Assembly: GCF_000017845.1 (NCBI RefSeq)
Contig: NC_010546.1
Location: 990,001-1,022,000 of the forward strand
Direction: 5' to 3'
Origin: Crocosphaera subtropica ATCC 51142
Lineage (GTDB): Bacteria > Cyanobacteriota > Cyanobacteriia > Cyanobacteriales > Microcystaceae
Length of the DNA: 32,000 nucleotides
Positions 10,684 through 20,553 of this stretch are shown piece by piece. Under the pieces are notes generated by a model. It had not been told where the DNA came from and ran no database searches. It saw nothing but the letters and a program-made list of their open reading frames with translations. Each line of letters begins with the position of its first letter. Within the stretch, counting starts at the first letter, position 1. The translations under genes were made by a program, and so were the position numbers.

Positions 10684-11082
10684 ATGAAATGCCCTTTATT
10701 AACTAAAATTTCGGTGATCACTTTAACCTTACTCCATCCGACTAAAACCACACCTATCCAAAGTTGGACGTTTGAGACAACAGCGACCATTCGTATTGGC
10801 CGTTCTATGGATAACGAGGTAGTTCTTTATAGTGCAGTCGTTTCTCGTCATCATTTAGAAATTCGCTACGAAGAAAACCACTGGCAAGTGGTTAACCTAG
10901 GAACCAATGGCACTTATATTGATGGAGAATTAATTAGTCAAAAACAAGCCAAAGATGGCATGATAATTCGCTTAGCTAGTTCTGGCCCCACCATTCAAAT
11001 TCACTTATCACCAGAAGAGTCATCCGTTAAACGTCAAACTGCCCAGATTCATCAATCTAACTCATCCTCTTCTGTTCAATAG
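10684..11082 (+). CDS. FHA domain protein
   Basis: 132 aa with an FHA core: IRIGRS..NEVVL....VSRHHLEI......W.V.NLGTNGTYIDG. The true start may be the GTG at 10714, giving (V)ITLTLLHP. Confidence 0.85.
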   Translation: MKCPLLTKISVITLTLLHPTKTTPIQSWTFETTATIRIGRSMDNEVVLYSAVVSRHHLEIRYEENHWQVVNLGTNGTYIDGELISQKQAKDGMIIRLASSGPTIQIHLSPEESSVKRQTAQIHQSNSSSSVQ

Positions 11083-11313
11083 AGATTAGTCCCCAACAAC
11101 AGCCCACTATTCACAGTTTGTTAAATTAATTTAGATGAGACACGATTAACCGCATCAATTTCGAGTCTGTTATTGTAGATTAACCCTTACCTGTTCCCTT
11201 CATCGAAACGTCCTCGGTATTGATTACGGCTATCCTCACCACATCTCTCGCCAAAAAACGATACAGTATGAATATAGTATGAAGAAATGTAACAAACCGT
11301 AACCCAAGAACTT

Positions 11314-13683
11314 ATGTTTGAGAATTTTACTGATAAAGCCATCAAAACCATTATGCTTGCCCAAGAAGAGGCCCAACGCATGGGACAGAACTTAGTCGGA
11401 ACAGAACACCTGTTATTAGGGTTACTGGGTCAAGGAAACTCTTTATCCGCTAAAATTTTGCAAGGGATGGGGCTAAACTTAACCACCACAAGGCAAGCTA
11501 TAGAAAAATTAAGGGGGAAAGGGGTGGGATTTAGTCCGAATAATTTACCGTTTACCCCCACTGTGAAACAGATTTTAGAAAAATCTTTTGAGGTAGCCCG
11601 GAAAGATAATAGTTACGTCACCCCAGAATATATTTTTCTGGTACTGCTATCTGACCCCAACACAGTAGCAGTCAAGGTTTTAGTCGCTCAGGGGATCGAT
11701 ATTCAGCAATTACGCACCACCTTAGTGAAACGATTAGGAGAAGAGGAACCTATACCTGTGACCGCAGGACAAAAACCCTCTCCATTTGATAGTTTTTCCC
11801 AACCTAAGCCCACCTTAGAACAGTTTGGGACAGATTTAACCAAAAAAGCTAGAGAAGGGCAACTAGACCCTGTTGTGGGGCGAACGCGAGAAATAGAAAG
11901 AGTCATCCAAGTATTAGGTCGTCGGACTAAAAACAATCCTGTTTTAGTGGGAGAACCTGGGGTGGGGAAAACTGCGATCGCAGAAGGACTAGCCCAGCGT
12001 ATCGTAGAAGGAGATATCCCTGAACTCCTACAAGATAAGCGAGTCATTGCCCTTGATATGGGGTTATTAGTGGCCGGAACTCGCTTCCGAGGTGAATTTG
12101 AAGAACGACTCAAATCCATTGTCAACCAGGTTAAAGAAGACGGCAATATTATTCTCGTTATTGACGAAATTCATACCTTAGTGGGTGCCGGAAGCATGGG
12201 AGGGGCGATGGATGCTTCTAACCTCTTAAAACCGGCGTTAGCGAGAGGTGAATTACAATGTTTAGGAACCACAACCCTAGATGAATATCGCAAGCATATC
12301 GAAAAAGATGCAGCCCTCGAAAGACGATTTCAACCGGTGATGGTAGGAGAACCTTCCGTTGAAGAAACCATCGAAATTTTACAAGGGTTACGGAAAGAAT
12401 ATGAAGCCCATCATCAAGTGAAATTTTCTCAAGAAGCTTTAGAAGCGGCCGCTTCTTTAGGAGAAAGATATATTAGCGATCGCTTCTTACCTGATAAGGC
12501 GATTGATCTCATTGATGAAGCGGGATCTCGTATTCATTTACGCCACTCTTTACAGAAGAAAATGCAGCCTTCCTTTGAAGCTGAACAAGAAGCCCCTGTT
12601 ATTAACCCTGATTCTTTAGTTCCTGTGGTTGATGAAGAAGATATCGCCCAAATTGTTACATCTTGGACGGGTGTTCCTGTCAACAAGCTGACAGAAACCG
12701 AGTCAGAATCTTTGATGTATTTAGAAGATAATTTACATGAGAGGATTATCGGTCAAGAAGAAGCTGTAAAAGCGGTATCTAAAGCAATTCGCCGATCGAG
12801 AATTGGCTTACAAAATCCGAAACGTCCCATTGCAAGTTTCATTTTTGCAGGACCAACTGGAGTGGGTAAAACGGAATTAACAAAGGCATTGGCACAATTT
12901 TTATTCGGTTCAAAAGATGCCATGATTCGGTTAGATATGTCCGAATACATGGAACGTCATACCGTTTCTAAATTAATCGGAACAGCCCCCGGTTTCATTG
13001 GTTACGAAGAGGGAGGACAACTAACCGAAGCGGTTCGCCGTAAACCCTATAGTGTGGTTCTCTTTGATGAGATCGAAAAAGCCCATCCTGATGTCTTTAA
13101 TTTACTCTTACAACTGTTAGAAGATGGACGGTTGACCGATAGTAAAGGACGGACGGTTGATTTTAGAAACACCTTAATTATCATGACTTCTAACCTAGGG
13201 TCAAAAGTGATTGAGAAAGGGGGTTATAATTTCGGGTTTGAAACAGAAAGCGATGACGTAAATCTTCAGTATAAGCGTATTCAAGAAGCGGTTAATGATG
13301 AGTTAAAACAGTATTTCCGTCCTGAATTTTTGAATCGTTTAGATGAGATGATTGTCTTCCGTCAACTGACTAAACCTGAAGTCACAGAAATCGCTGATAT
13401 TTTATTAGCAGAAGTGGCTCAACAATTGTACGAACAACGTCAAATCACGTTAACCGTAAGTGATGGATTTAAAGGTTTAGTGGTAGAAGAAGGTTATGAC
13501 CCCAGTTATGGTGCAAGACCTTTACGCCGTGCGATTATGAGACGGTTAGAAGACAGTTTAGCTGAATCAATTTTAGCTGGAAATATCCAGGATGGCGATA
13601 GCGTGAAAGTAGATGTTGCTGACAATAATCAAGTCATAATTGAGCCTACTTTACAACCCAATTATGCCTATGTTGATCGTTAG
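11314..13683 (+). CDS. Class I Clp/Hsp100 AAA+ unfoldase, ClpC-like paralog without a middle/UVR domain
   Basis: 789 aa with a Clp_N N-terminus ([38 protein letters not shown]). D1 has Walker A GEPGVGKT and Walker B LVIDEIH. D2 has Walker A GPTGVGKT and Walker [11 protein letters not shown] ClpP-type loop FGF lies at 13231-13239. Confidence 0.93.
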   Translation: MFENFTDKAIKTIMLAQEEAQRMGQNLVGTEHLLLGLLGQGNSLSAKILQGMGLNLTTTRQAIEKLRGKGVGFSPNNLPFTPTVKQILEKSFEVARKDNSYVTPEYIFLVLLSDPNTVAVKVLVAQGIDIQQLRTTLVKRLGEEEPIPVTAGQKPSPFDSFSQPKPTLEQFGTDLTKKAREGQLDPVVGRTREIERVIQVLGRRTKNNPVLVGEPGVGKTAIAEGLAQRIVEGDIPELLQDKRVIALDMGLLVAGTRFRGEFEERLKSIVNQVKEDGNIILVIDEIHTLVGAGSMGGAMDASNLLKPALARGELQCLGTTTLDEYRKHIEKDAALERRFQPVMVGEPSVEETIEILQGLRKEYEAHHQVKFSQEALEAAASLGERYISDRFLPDKAIDLIDEAGSRIHLRHSLQKKMQPSFEAEQEAPVINPDSLVPVVDEEDIAQIVTSWTGVPVNKLTETESESLMYLEDNLHERIIGQEEAVKAVSKAIRRSRIGLQNPKRPIASFIFAGPTGVGKTELTKALAQFLFGSKDAMIRLDMSEYMERHTVSKLIGTAPGFIGYEEGGQLTEAVRRKPYSVVLFDEIEKAHPDVFNLLLQLLEDGRLTDSKGRTVDFRNTLIIMTSNLGSKVIEKGGYNFGFETESDDVNLQYKRIQEAVNDELKQYFRPEFLNRLDEMIVFRQLTKPEVTEIADILLAEVAQQLYEQRQITLTVSDGFKGLVVEEGYDPSYGARPLRRAIMRRLEDSLAESILAGNIQDGDSVKVDVADNNQVIIEPTLQPNYAYVDR

Positions 13684-13721
13684 AGTATCTCAGTAAAAAT
13701 TAAAGATTCTTTCCCAACAAT

Positions 13722-13757
13722 GCACTGTATTTTCATAGAGAATATGGTGCTTTTTTC
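13722..13757 (+). terminator. Rho-independent terminator of the clpC-like gene
   Basis: 13-bp stem gcactgtattttc / gagaatatggtgc (3 G-U pairs), loop ata, followed by tttttt. Confidence 0.7.
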
Positions 13758-13767
13758 TAGCTTATAT

Positions 13768-13831
13768 CAATTCTCTTTATTAACAATAGCGATTATTAGT
13801 TGAGGTAAGCAGAGGAAGCAGGGGAGATAAA
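13768..13831 (+). repeat. Dispersed repeat family, copy B
   Basis: caattctctttattaacaatagcgattattagttgaggtaagcagaggaagcaggggagataaa. The core is shared with copies A and C. The purine-rich tail is shared with C. Confidence 0.75.
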
Positions 13832-13882
13832 GCAAAAAGAAGATTAATTAAGTCTCCAGTTACTTTTGACAATTAGTATTAA

Positions 13883-16060
13883 TTATTGACTTTTTCGTAA
13901 AAAATGAGGACGAACTAAAACTTTTAACATTAACCAAATAGATTTTAATTCTCCTGGTGTTTTCTTGGGTTTCCATTGATCTGAATTGCCATATAAAAGT
14001 GCAATTAATTTTCTTTCTTCTAATAAACTTAGATCAGGAAATGTAACTATTAGTTGACTGTCGGATTGATAAGAATTAATGTCTGTAATCACAGCAGCAA
14101 TAATCAGATCGTTTTCTAGAAACTTTATTTTAATCCTTTGGTTAAGGGAGAATTGATGATTATTTAATTTAATTTCTCCTCCTATTTCTGATAATTTAGT
14201 CATTACTCCTTCTGTATCAGAATAAGAATCTAATTCAAATATTTTAACTTTTTTTCTAACCATTAACCAATGATAAATATCAGATTTTGGTGCATCTACC
14301 ATCATATATAGTGAAATAATTAAAATGAGAATATTATATAAATTAAATAACCAAATTAATTGGAATCCTCCCAATAACTGTGGTTCTAGGATACTAGAAT
14401 GATCGCTGAAAACTAGAAATATACTATAGATAAGACTAATACAATTTAATGCTAATAAAATGAATAGGGGAAACGCTAATTTTTCATTAAAGATAAAATG
14501 CTTTTGCGATAATCCTTTTGGGGTCACTTTAAACCCTTCAGAAAAAGGACGAGAAAGAACTTTAAAGACATTAGTTGCCAGAGGAATACATTGACTAACG
14601 GAATATAAATCAGAGATAATGGCAGAGCGAGAATAACGATTAATCCACCTGTAGGTTTGCCAAGTTAATAAATAGTAAGGTAAGCCATAGGTTAACCATC
14701 CCACTAAGGTTAATTTTAAAGGAATAATGCCGAAACAAGTGATCAATAATGGAAATAATAAGAACAGTATTCGAGGAATTTCACCAAACCATTGTAAGAT
14801 TCCTTCAAAATGGGCTAACCTTTGTATTAAAGTTAAACCAGGAATTGTTAGAGGATTAGCATCAATAAAAAATGCTTGAAGGGTTCCTCGACTCCATCTT
14901 AATCTTTGCGATAAACGACCTGAAATATTTTCGGGGGCTAATCCTGCACTCAATTTTTCATCTAAATAAATACATTTATAGCCTTTTGCACTCAATTTTA
15001 TTCCAGTATAATAATCCTCACTAACTGATTCGGTAACAAAACCATCTATCTCATCAAGATAACCTTTTCTAACAATAAAAGAACTACCATAACAAACCAT
15101 CGTTTCGATAGAATCTCTAATTAACTGATAGTGACGAGAAAAAATTTCTACTTCATCAGTCAACTCTTGTTCTAATCCCAAATTACGGGCAACTGGATCA
15201 ATATTATAAAAGTTTTGATTCGTTTGAACTAAGGCAATTGTTGAACTTTGAAAAAAGCCCACGGTTCGATTTAAAAAATTAATAGAAGGGATAAAGTCGG
15301 CATCAAAAACAGCTATTAAGTCTTCATGAATTTGATTAAGTGCATTGTTTAAATTACCAGCCTTGGCATAATCATTATTCTCCCTAGTAATATAGTGACA
15401 GCCTAACTCTTCCGTTAATTGCTTCATTTCTTTTCGTCCACCGTCATCCAGTAAATAAATATTTTTATGAGGATAATTGATATTTTGACAGCCTAAAATC
15501 GTTCGTCTAAGAATAAATACGGGTTCGTTATAAGTGGTAATTAAAATAGCAACAGAAGGAAGAAATTGATGATTGATGACATCACGGGAAAGTTCAGCAG
15601 CTTGATGACTGCGATTTTTAACATTTAACGTTAAATAAAGTTGTAAAAGTGTACCAAAGGTGAATATTAATTCTATCCCTAATAACAGTAAACTAAAAAT
15701 ACTATTGGTTAAATTAGATAAATTTAAAGTTGACAGCGATCGCCAATATAAATAACGAAGGGTTAATGCAATTAAAATAGTAATAATTAATCCCCGTGAC
15801 CAAGATTTAGGATGAGGGGATAATTTCATAATAATTTGAGTCAGAATAACTAAAAGAATAGTCGGTAAATAGAGATAAATCTTGTCTAAGCCGATATTTA
15901 CTTCTCCTAAGCAGTCAAATAAAGCAATCGCTATCAAAAAGCCCACTATTGCTAATAATATAAAAATAATAGAGGGTTGAGATAAATTGCTTAGAAGCAA
16001 TTGTAATATGGATTTTTTCTGATCTGTTTGATGGGGGTGACGGTTTACGCTTCTAAACAT
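13883..16060 (-). CDS. Family 2 glycosyltransferase, cellulose-synthase-like (BcsA/CesA type) with a C-terminal PilZ-like domain
   Basis: 725 aa with N-terminal TMs. Motifs: LLDDGG, DADF (DxD), SEDYYTG (TED-like) and QRLRW (QxxRW, nt 14894-14908). More TMs follow, then a soluble tail of about 120 aa. Confidence 0.85.
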   Translation of the reverse strand: MFRSVNRHPHQTDQKKSILQLLLSNLSQPSIIFILLAIVGFLIAIALFDCLGEVNIGLDKIYLYLPTILLVILTQIIMKLSPHPKSWSRGLIITILIALTLRYLYWRSLSTLNLSNLTNSIFSLLLLGIELIFTFGTLLQLYLTLNVKNRSHQAAELSRDVINHQFLPSVAILITTYNEPVFILRRTILGCQNINYPHKNIYLLDDGGRKEMKQLTEELGCHYITRENNDYAKAGNLNNALNQIHEDLIAVFDADFIPSINFLNRTVGFFQSSTIALVQTNQNFYNIDPVARNLGLEQELTDEVEIFSRHYQLIRDSIETMVCYGSSFIVRKGYLDEIDGFVTESVSEDYYTGIKLSAKGYKCIYLDEKLSAGLAPENISGRLSQRLRWSRGTLQAFFIDANPLTIPGLTLIQRLAHFEGILQWFGEIPRILFLLFPLLITCFGIIPLKLTLVGWLTYGLPYYLLTWQTYRWINRYSRSAIISDLYSVSQCIPLATNVFKVLSRPFSEGFKVTPKGLSQKHFIFNEKLAFPLFILLALNCISLIYSIFLVFSDHSSILEPQLLGGFQLIWLFNLYNILILIISLYMMVDAPKSDIYHWLMVRKKVKIFELDSYSDTEGVMTKLSEIGGEIKLNNHQFSLNQRIKIKFLENDLIIAAVITDINSYQSDSQLIVTFPDLSLLEERKLIALLYGNSDQWKPKKTPGELKSIWLMLKVLVRPHFLRKSQ

Positions 16061-16221
16061 GAATGATCAAAGGAGAGATATAGAGTGATGTTTCTATTCT
16101 AATCATTCAAAAGTTAAATTATGGTGAGAAAAAAATGAGAATTCCTTTAATCATTAAAGACACAGAAACTTATCAAACAGATTAGATAAATGGTATCTTA
16201 TTTTACTAAAATTTTAAGCAT

Positions 16222-16246
16222 GAAAAAGGTGGGACGATCCCACCCC
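16222..16246 (-). terminator. Rho-independent terminator of sufS
   Basis: On the minus strand: ggtggga-tcg-tcccacc followed by ttttt. It starts about 25 nt after the stop codon. Confidence 0.7.
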
Positions 16247-16269
16247 CAAAAACGCAGGCTATATATTTA

Positions 16270-17532
16270 TTATCCCATCATATTAGTAAAGAAATCAATA
16301 GTTTCTTTTAAAACCATGACAAATTGATCAATTTCTTCATAACTATTATAAAAATATAAACTGACTCTCGCACTTCCTGAAGCATTAAATAAACGGTGTA
16401 AGGGTTGGGTACAATGATGTCCGGAACGAATAGCAACTCCTTCATGATCTAACAGCGTTGATAAGTCACTTCCGTGAATTCCTGGAATATTAAATGCAGC
16501 CAAAGCAGCCCTTCCTTTTCCTTCTTTTGTGGGTAGAGGTCCATAAATTCTCAGGTTAGGAACTTCCTCCAATTTACGAAACAAATAACCGGTTAATTCT
16601 TCTTCATAAGCATGAATTTTATCCATGCCAATATGGGTTAAATAATCAACCGCTGCCCCTAAAGCGATCGCTTCTCCAATAGCGGGGGTTCCGGCTTCAA
16701 ATTTATGGGGTAATTCTCCACAAGTAAAGCCATCAAAAAACACTTCATCAATCATTTCCCCACCCCCTAAAAAGGGAGGCATGGCTTCTAAAATTGATTG
16801 CTTTCCGTACAAGAAACCCACCCCCGATGGACCACACATTTTATGGCCACTGGCCACTAACCAATCACAGTCCATTTCCTGGACATTAATAGGCATATGG
16901 GGAACACTTTGACAAGCATCAATTAATACTTTAACTCCCTTTTCGTGGGCTAATTTAATGACTTCTTCAACAGGATTAATACAGCCTAATGTGTTAGAAA
17001 CATGAACGATAGTGACTAATTTAGTTTTATCCGATAACAAGGATTTGAAAGCGTCTACATTAAAGCTTTCGTTCTCAGTTAATGGCACATATTTAATCAC
17101 TGCCCCGGTTTGTTTCGCAATAATTTGCCAAGGAACTAAATTACTGTGATGTTCCATCACAGAGGTAATAATTTCATCCCCTGGTTGCAGATGATTTAAA
17201 CCCCAACTATAGGCAACCAAATTAATCGCTTCGGTGGCATTTCTGGTGAAAACAATTTCTTTTGAAGAAGCAGCATGAATAAACCTAGCTATCTTATCTC
17301 TTGCCCCTTCATAAGCTTCTGTTGCCCTCACGCTTAAAGTATGGGCCCCACGATGAACATTGGCATTATCTTTTTCATAGTAATGACTTAGGGCATCGAG
17401 TACCGCTACAGGTTTTTGAGACGTAGCAGCATTGTCTAAATAAACTAAAGGCTTACCATGAATTTCCTGATGCAAAATTGGGAAATCGTTGCGGACTTTT
17501 GAAGCTAGGGTTTTTTCTTGGATAGCAGTCAT
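16270..17532 (-). CDS. sufS: Cysteine desulfurase, SufS type (class V aminotransferase, group II)
   Basis: 420 aa. Contains FPIL...[11 protein letters not shown], the PLP lysine context SGHKMCGP, and the active-site region RSGHHCTQP. Confidence 0.95.
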   Translation of the reverse strand: MTAIQEKTLASKVRNDFPILHQEIHGKPLVYLDNAATSQKPVAVLDALSHYYEKDNANVHRGAHTLSVRATEAYEGARDKIARFIHAASSKEIVFTRNATEAINLVAYSWGLNHLQPGDEIITSVMEHHSNLVPWQIIAKQTGAVIKYVPLTENESFNVDAFKSLLSDKTKLVTIVHVSNTLGCINPVEEVIKLAHEKGVKVLIDACQSVPHMPINVQEMDCDWLVASGHKMCGPSGVGFLYGKQSILEAMPPFLGGGEMIDEVFFDGFTCGELPHKFEAGTPAIGEAIALGAAVDYLTHIGMDKIHAYEEELTGYLFRKLEEVPNLRIYGPLPTKEGKGRAALAAFNIPGIHGSDLSTLLDHEGVAIRSGHHCTQPLHRLFNASGSARVSLYFYNSYEEIDQFVMVLKETIDFFTNMMG

Positions 17533-17577
17533 AATGAAGTTAGAATTCAGAAGTTTTCTTATATTTAGAGGTCTAAT

Positions 17578-18927
17578 TTATGCTTCTGCGGTACGACAAA
17601 CCACACATTGAGTTAATCGTTGTTGCAAAGATTCCAGGGGAATCCGTTCTAAAATTTCAGTGGCAAAGGCATCAATTAAAAGATGACGGGCATCGGTTTC
17701 ATTTAAGCCCCGACTCTGTAAATAAAAGAGTTCATCGGCTTCTAATTGACTAATAGTTGCCCCGTGGGAACATTTAACATTATCTGCCGTAATTTGCAGT
17801 TCTGGTTTAGTATTAATTCGGGCTTTAGGTGACAGCAATAAATTACGGTTTAATTGGGTTGCATTGGTTAATTGTGCTGGTTTGGGAACAAAGATTTTGC
17901 CATTAAAAACCCCACGACCATTACCATCAATAATACACTTATGTAATTGATGGGTAATACCATAAGGATGATTCAGACAAACAGCAGTATGAGTATCCGC
18001 TAGTTGTTCATGATCAATCATGGTTAACCCATTAAGATGGGTTTCGGTTTGTGTTCCTTGTTGCCACATTTGTAGGGTATGACGAGATAGTTTTGCCCCT
18101 AAATTAACTTCGTTACAAGTGTAGTGACTATCTTGATTTTGGCTAATGGCACTCTTGCCAATGTGAAAGCTATCTCCTAACTCTCTTTGAATACGACTAT
18201 GATTAATCTGGGCATTATTATCTAACCAAATTTCTGTTACAGAATTGGTAAAATAAGGTTGATTCTTTTCATCATCTGAACAAGATTCTGTTACCGTGGC
18301 ATAATACTCAACAAATGATAAACTAGATCCAGTTTCTGCTATGACTAAAGTTCTCGGTTGTATTAAGCTTGGAGTCTCGTTACCAACGGTAAGAAAGAGC
18401 AATTGAATGGGGGTTTCAACTACAATATTTTTGTTAACCCAAATCACCGCAACATCCTTAAAACCGGCTGTATTTAAGGCGGTAAATGCGTCTTTTTCTC
18501 CTTCTTGTTTCCCTAAGTAATCAGCAATTTTATTGTTTTTTGGGTCGGGTAAATCACTTAGGTTACCCACATAGATGTCTTCAGGTAACTCAGATACATT
18601 AGACAACTCAGAACTATATTCCCCGTTAACGAAAACAAGGTAACTTTGTTGGGCTTCAGGTAAGATAAAATTATCAATAATACTTTGAGTAACTGTCTCA
18701 GTCTTCGCTGTTTGAAATTCTAATTGGTATAATTCCGATAAATCCGTAAACCGCCATTCTTCATCCTTTTTGCTAGGAAGGGTTAATTCTTGAACTTGAG
18801 AAACGGCATTTTTCCTTAAGGTTTGCATATACCCAGTGTCAATGATGGGAGCATTAGCTTGACACTGTTGTAATAAATTGGTTAGGCAGGTTTCTGGACT
18901 GGTTTTGTCGAGGGTTGGGTTATTCAT
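17578..18927 (-). CDS. sufD: Fe-S cluster assembly protein SufD
   Basis: 449 aa. Contains EEWRFTDLS near the N-terminus. The C-terminal beta-helix block is LLLSPKARINTKPELQITADNVKCSHGATISQLEADELFYLQSRGL. It lies 45 nt upstream of sufS. Confidence 0.92.
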   Translation of the reverse strand: MNNPTLDKTSPETCLTNLLQQCQANAPIIDTGYMQTLRKNAVSQVQELTLPSKKDEEWRFTDLSELYQLEFQTAKTETVTQSIIDNFILPEAQQSYLVFVNGEYSSELSNVSELPEDIYVGNLSDLPDPKNNKIADYLGKQEGEKDAFTALNTAGFKDVAVIWVNKNIVVETPIQLLFLTVGNETPSLIQPRTLVIAETGSSLSFVEYYATVTESCSDDEKNQPYFTNSVTEIWLDNNAQINHSRIQRELGDSFHIGKSAISQNQDSHYTCNEVNLGAKLSRHTLQMWQQGTQTETHLNGLTMIDHEQLADTHTAVCLNHPYGITHQLHKCIIDGNGRGVFNGKIFVPKPAQLTNATQLNRNLLLSPKARINTKPELQITADNVKCSHGATISQLEADELFYLQSRGLNETDARHLLIDAFATEILERIPLESLQQRLTQCVVCRTAEA

Positions 18928-19157
18928 GCAGTTAAGGTCAATAATCGACAGTTAAACTCTCTGTTGATGCAGGTTTCGTCTGTTTCAAAGGTTAATGCAA
19001 TCTAGGGACTCAACCTGAGTCTATATCCATTTTACAATACTTTAGCAACAAAAATGTTGTTAAAGTTGCTTTTTGCCATGAACAGATCCTAAGGATGGGC
19101 AAAATATAAATACAAATGTTCACCACCAGACTATAATAGTTACAATTTCAAAAATAA

Positions 19158-20486
19158 TTAGACGTTATTTTGAATCATCATTTTACCGGGATTCATTAAA
19201 CTGTAGGGGTCAACTTCTTTTTTGAAGTTTAACTGTGGTGAATCAATAGTTTTGCGGCCGCCTCCTTCTAATAAATAGGTGTGAGGATTAGCAATACCGG
19301 CACCCTTTTCTTCGTGATAACGGATGATTTCATTAACCCTTTCTTCTGTTGTAAAATGAAACAACTGTAACCCTGCAGGAATGACTTTACCTTGAAACTT
19401 AATAAACTCTAAATGAATCATTACTTCATCCCCAAAATGATCATAGAAATGTTCCACCTTATCTAAAGTAAAGTAAAAGGTTTGTAAGTAAGTAATACTC
19501 GGATCAATACTACGAGCATGAAGCGTAGTATGATTCCAAGTATATTCTAATAAACTGGTGCGATGGCTGGCTTCTTCTGCCGTTTTAAAATAACTAATTT
19601 TCCCATTATATTCATGAACTAAATCACGAAACGCCTCTAAATCGTATTCTGAAACCATGACTAAAGCAGCGTGTTTGTTCTCAGGTAAATAGTCTTTTAA
19701 CTGATGTAAATAACGACAAATCGATGTAGCATGAACGGTGATTAACTTTTTAACAATACCATCACTTTCTCCTAACCCTTGACCAAACCTAGCAGCTTGC
19801 ATAAAATCATCAAAAATAACAATAATTTCGGCCCAAGGATAAGCCGGAGCTAAAGGAATTTCTAATTGTGTAATAATGCCATTAGTGCCATAAGCATGAT
19901 TTACCTTTTGGACTTCGTCCCCTCGTAACTCGATGAGACAGGGTTCATCTTCTAAGGTAACCACTCGCAAAGCTTGAAGATTTCCGCGATCGCGTAATTG
20001 TCCATAGGTAATTGATCCCATCCCGACACTACCACCCCCAATAAACCCCCCAATGGTTGCGCTACGGTAGGTAGACGGGGCCATACGCAACTCCCATCCG
20101 GTTTGTTTAGCTAGTTTATCAAAAGCGGCCATTTTCACCCCAGGTTCCACACAAGCAACCCCTTGTTCTAACCAAAGAATTTGATTCATTTTGGTCATGT
20201 CGAGGATGACACCCCCTTCTAAGGGAATACATTGACCATAATTACCAGTTCCAGCCCCTCTAACGGTGATGGGAACTTTGTATTTAACGCAAGTTTGGGC
20301 GACTTGTATCACTTCTTCTTCTGTGGTGGGACGAATTACGATGTCTCCCCGTTTATCTTGCAGTTGTTTGTGTAAAATAGGGCTAAAATGATAATAATCT
20401 AGAGATAGTTTAGTAATTTGATTAGGATCGGTAATAATTTCTAAGTGGGATAAGTCCTTTTTTACTTTATCGATGGTTTGATTCAT
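19158..20486 (-). CDS. FAD-linked oxidase (PCMH-type FAD-binding domain; GlcD / D-lactate dehydrogenase-like superfamily)
   Basis: 442 aa. The N-terminal FAD_binding_4-like region is IVIRPTTEEEVIQVAQTC..YKVPITVRGAGTGNYGQ. The specific substrate is not recognisable. Confidence 0.82.
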   Translation of the reverse strand: MNQTIDKVKKDLSHLEIITDPNQITKLSLDYYHFSPILHKQLQDKRGDIVIRPTTEEEVIQVAQTCVKYKVPITVRGAGTGNYGQCIPLEGGVILDMTKMNQILWLEQGVACVEPGVKMAAFDKLAKQTGWELRMAPSTYRSATIGGFIGGGSVGMGSITYGQLRDRGNLQALRVVTLEDEPCLIELRGDEVQKVNHAYGTNGIITQLEIPLAPAYPWAEIIVIFDDFMQAARFGQGLGESDGIVKKLITVHATSICRYLHQLKDYLPENKHAALVMVSEYDLEAFRDLVHEYNGKISYFKTAEEASHRTSLLEYTWNHTTLHARSIDPSITYLQTFYFTLDKVEHFYDHFGDEVMIHLEFIKFQGKVIPAGLQLFHFTTEERVNEIIRYHEEKGAGIANPHTYLLEGGGRKTIDSPQLNFKKEVDPYSLMNPGKMMIQNNV

Positions 20487-20553
20487 AATTTATGTTTTAA
20501 TTAGGGATAATATTTTTAATGTACCAAATAACTGACAATTATTAATTACTAAC

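Noticed and set aside
10684-13683. FHA protein plus Clp-type AAA+ ATPase as a possible type VI secretion fragment (Fha/ClpV-like).
   Set aside because: The ATPase is ClpC-like throughout (Clp_N repeat, ClpP-docking FGF loop), not ClpV-like. No TssB/C, Hcp, VgrG or other T6SS genes are nearby.
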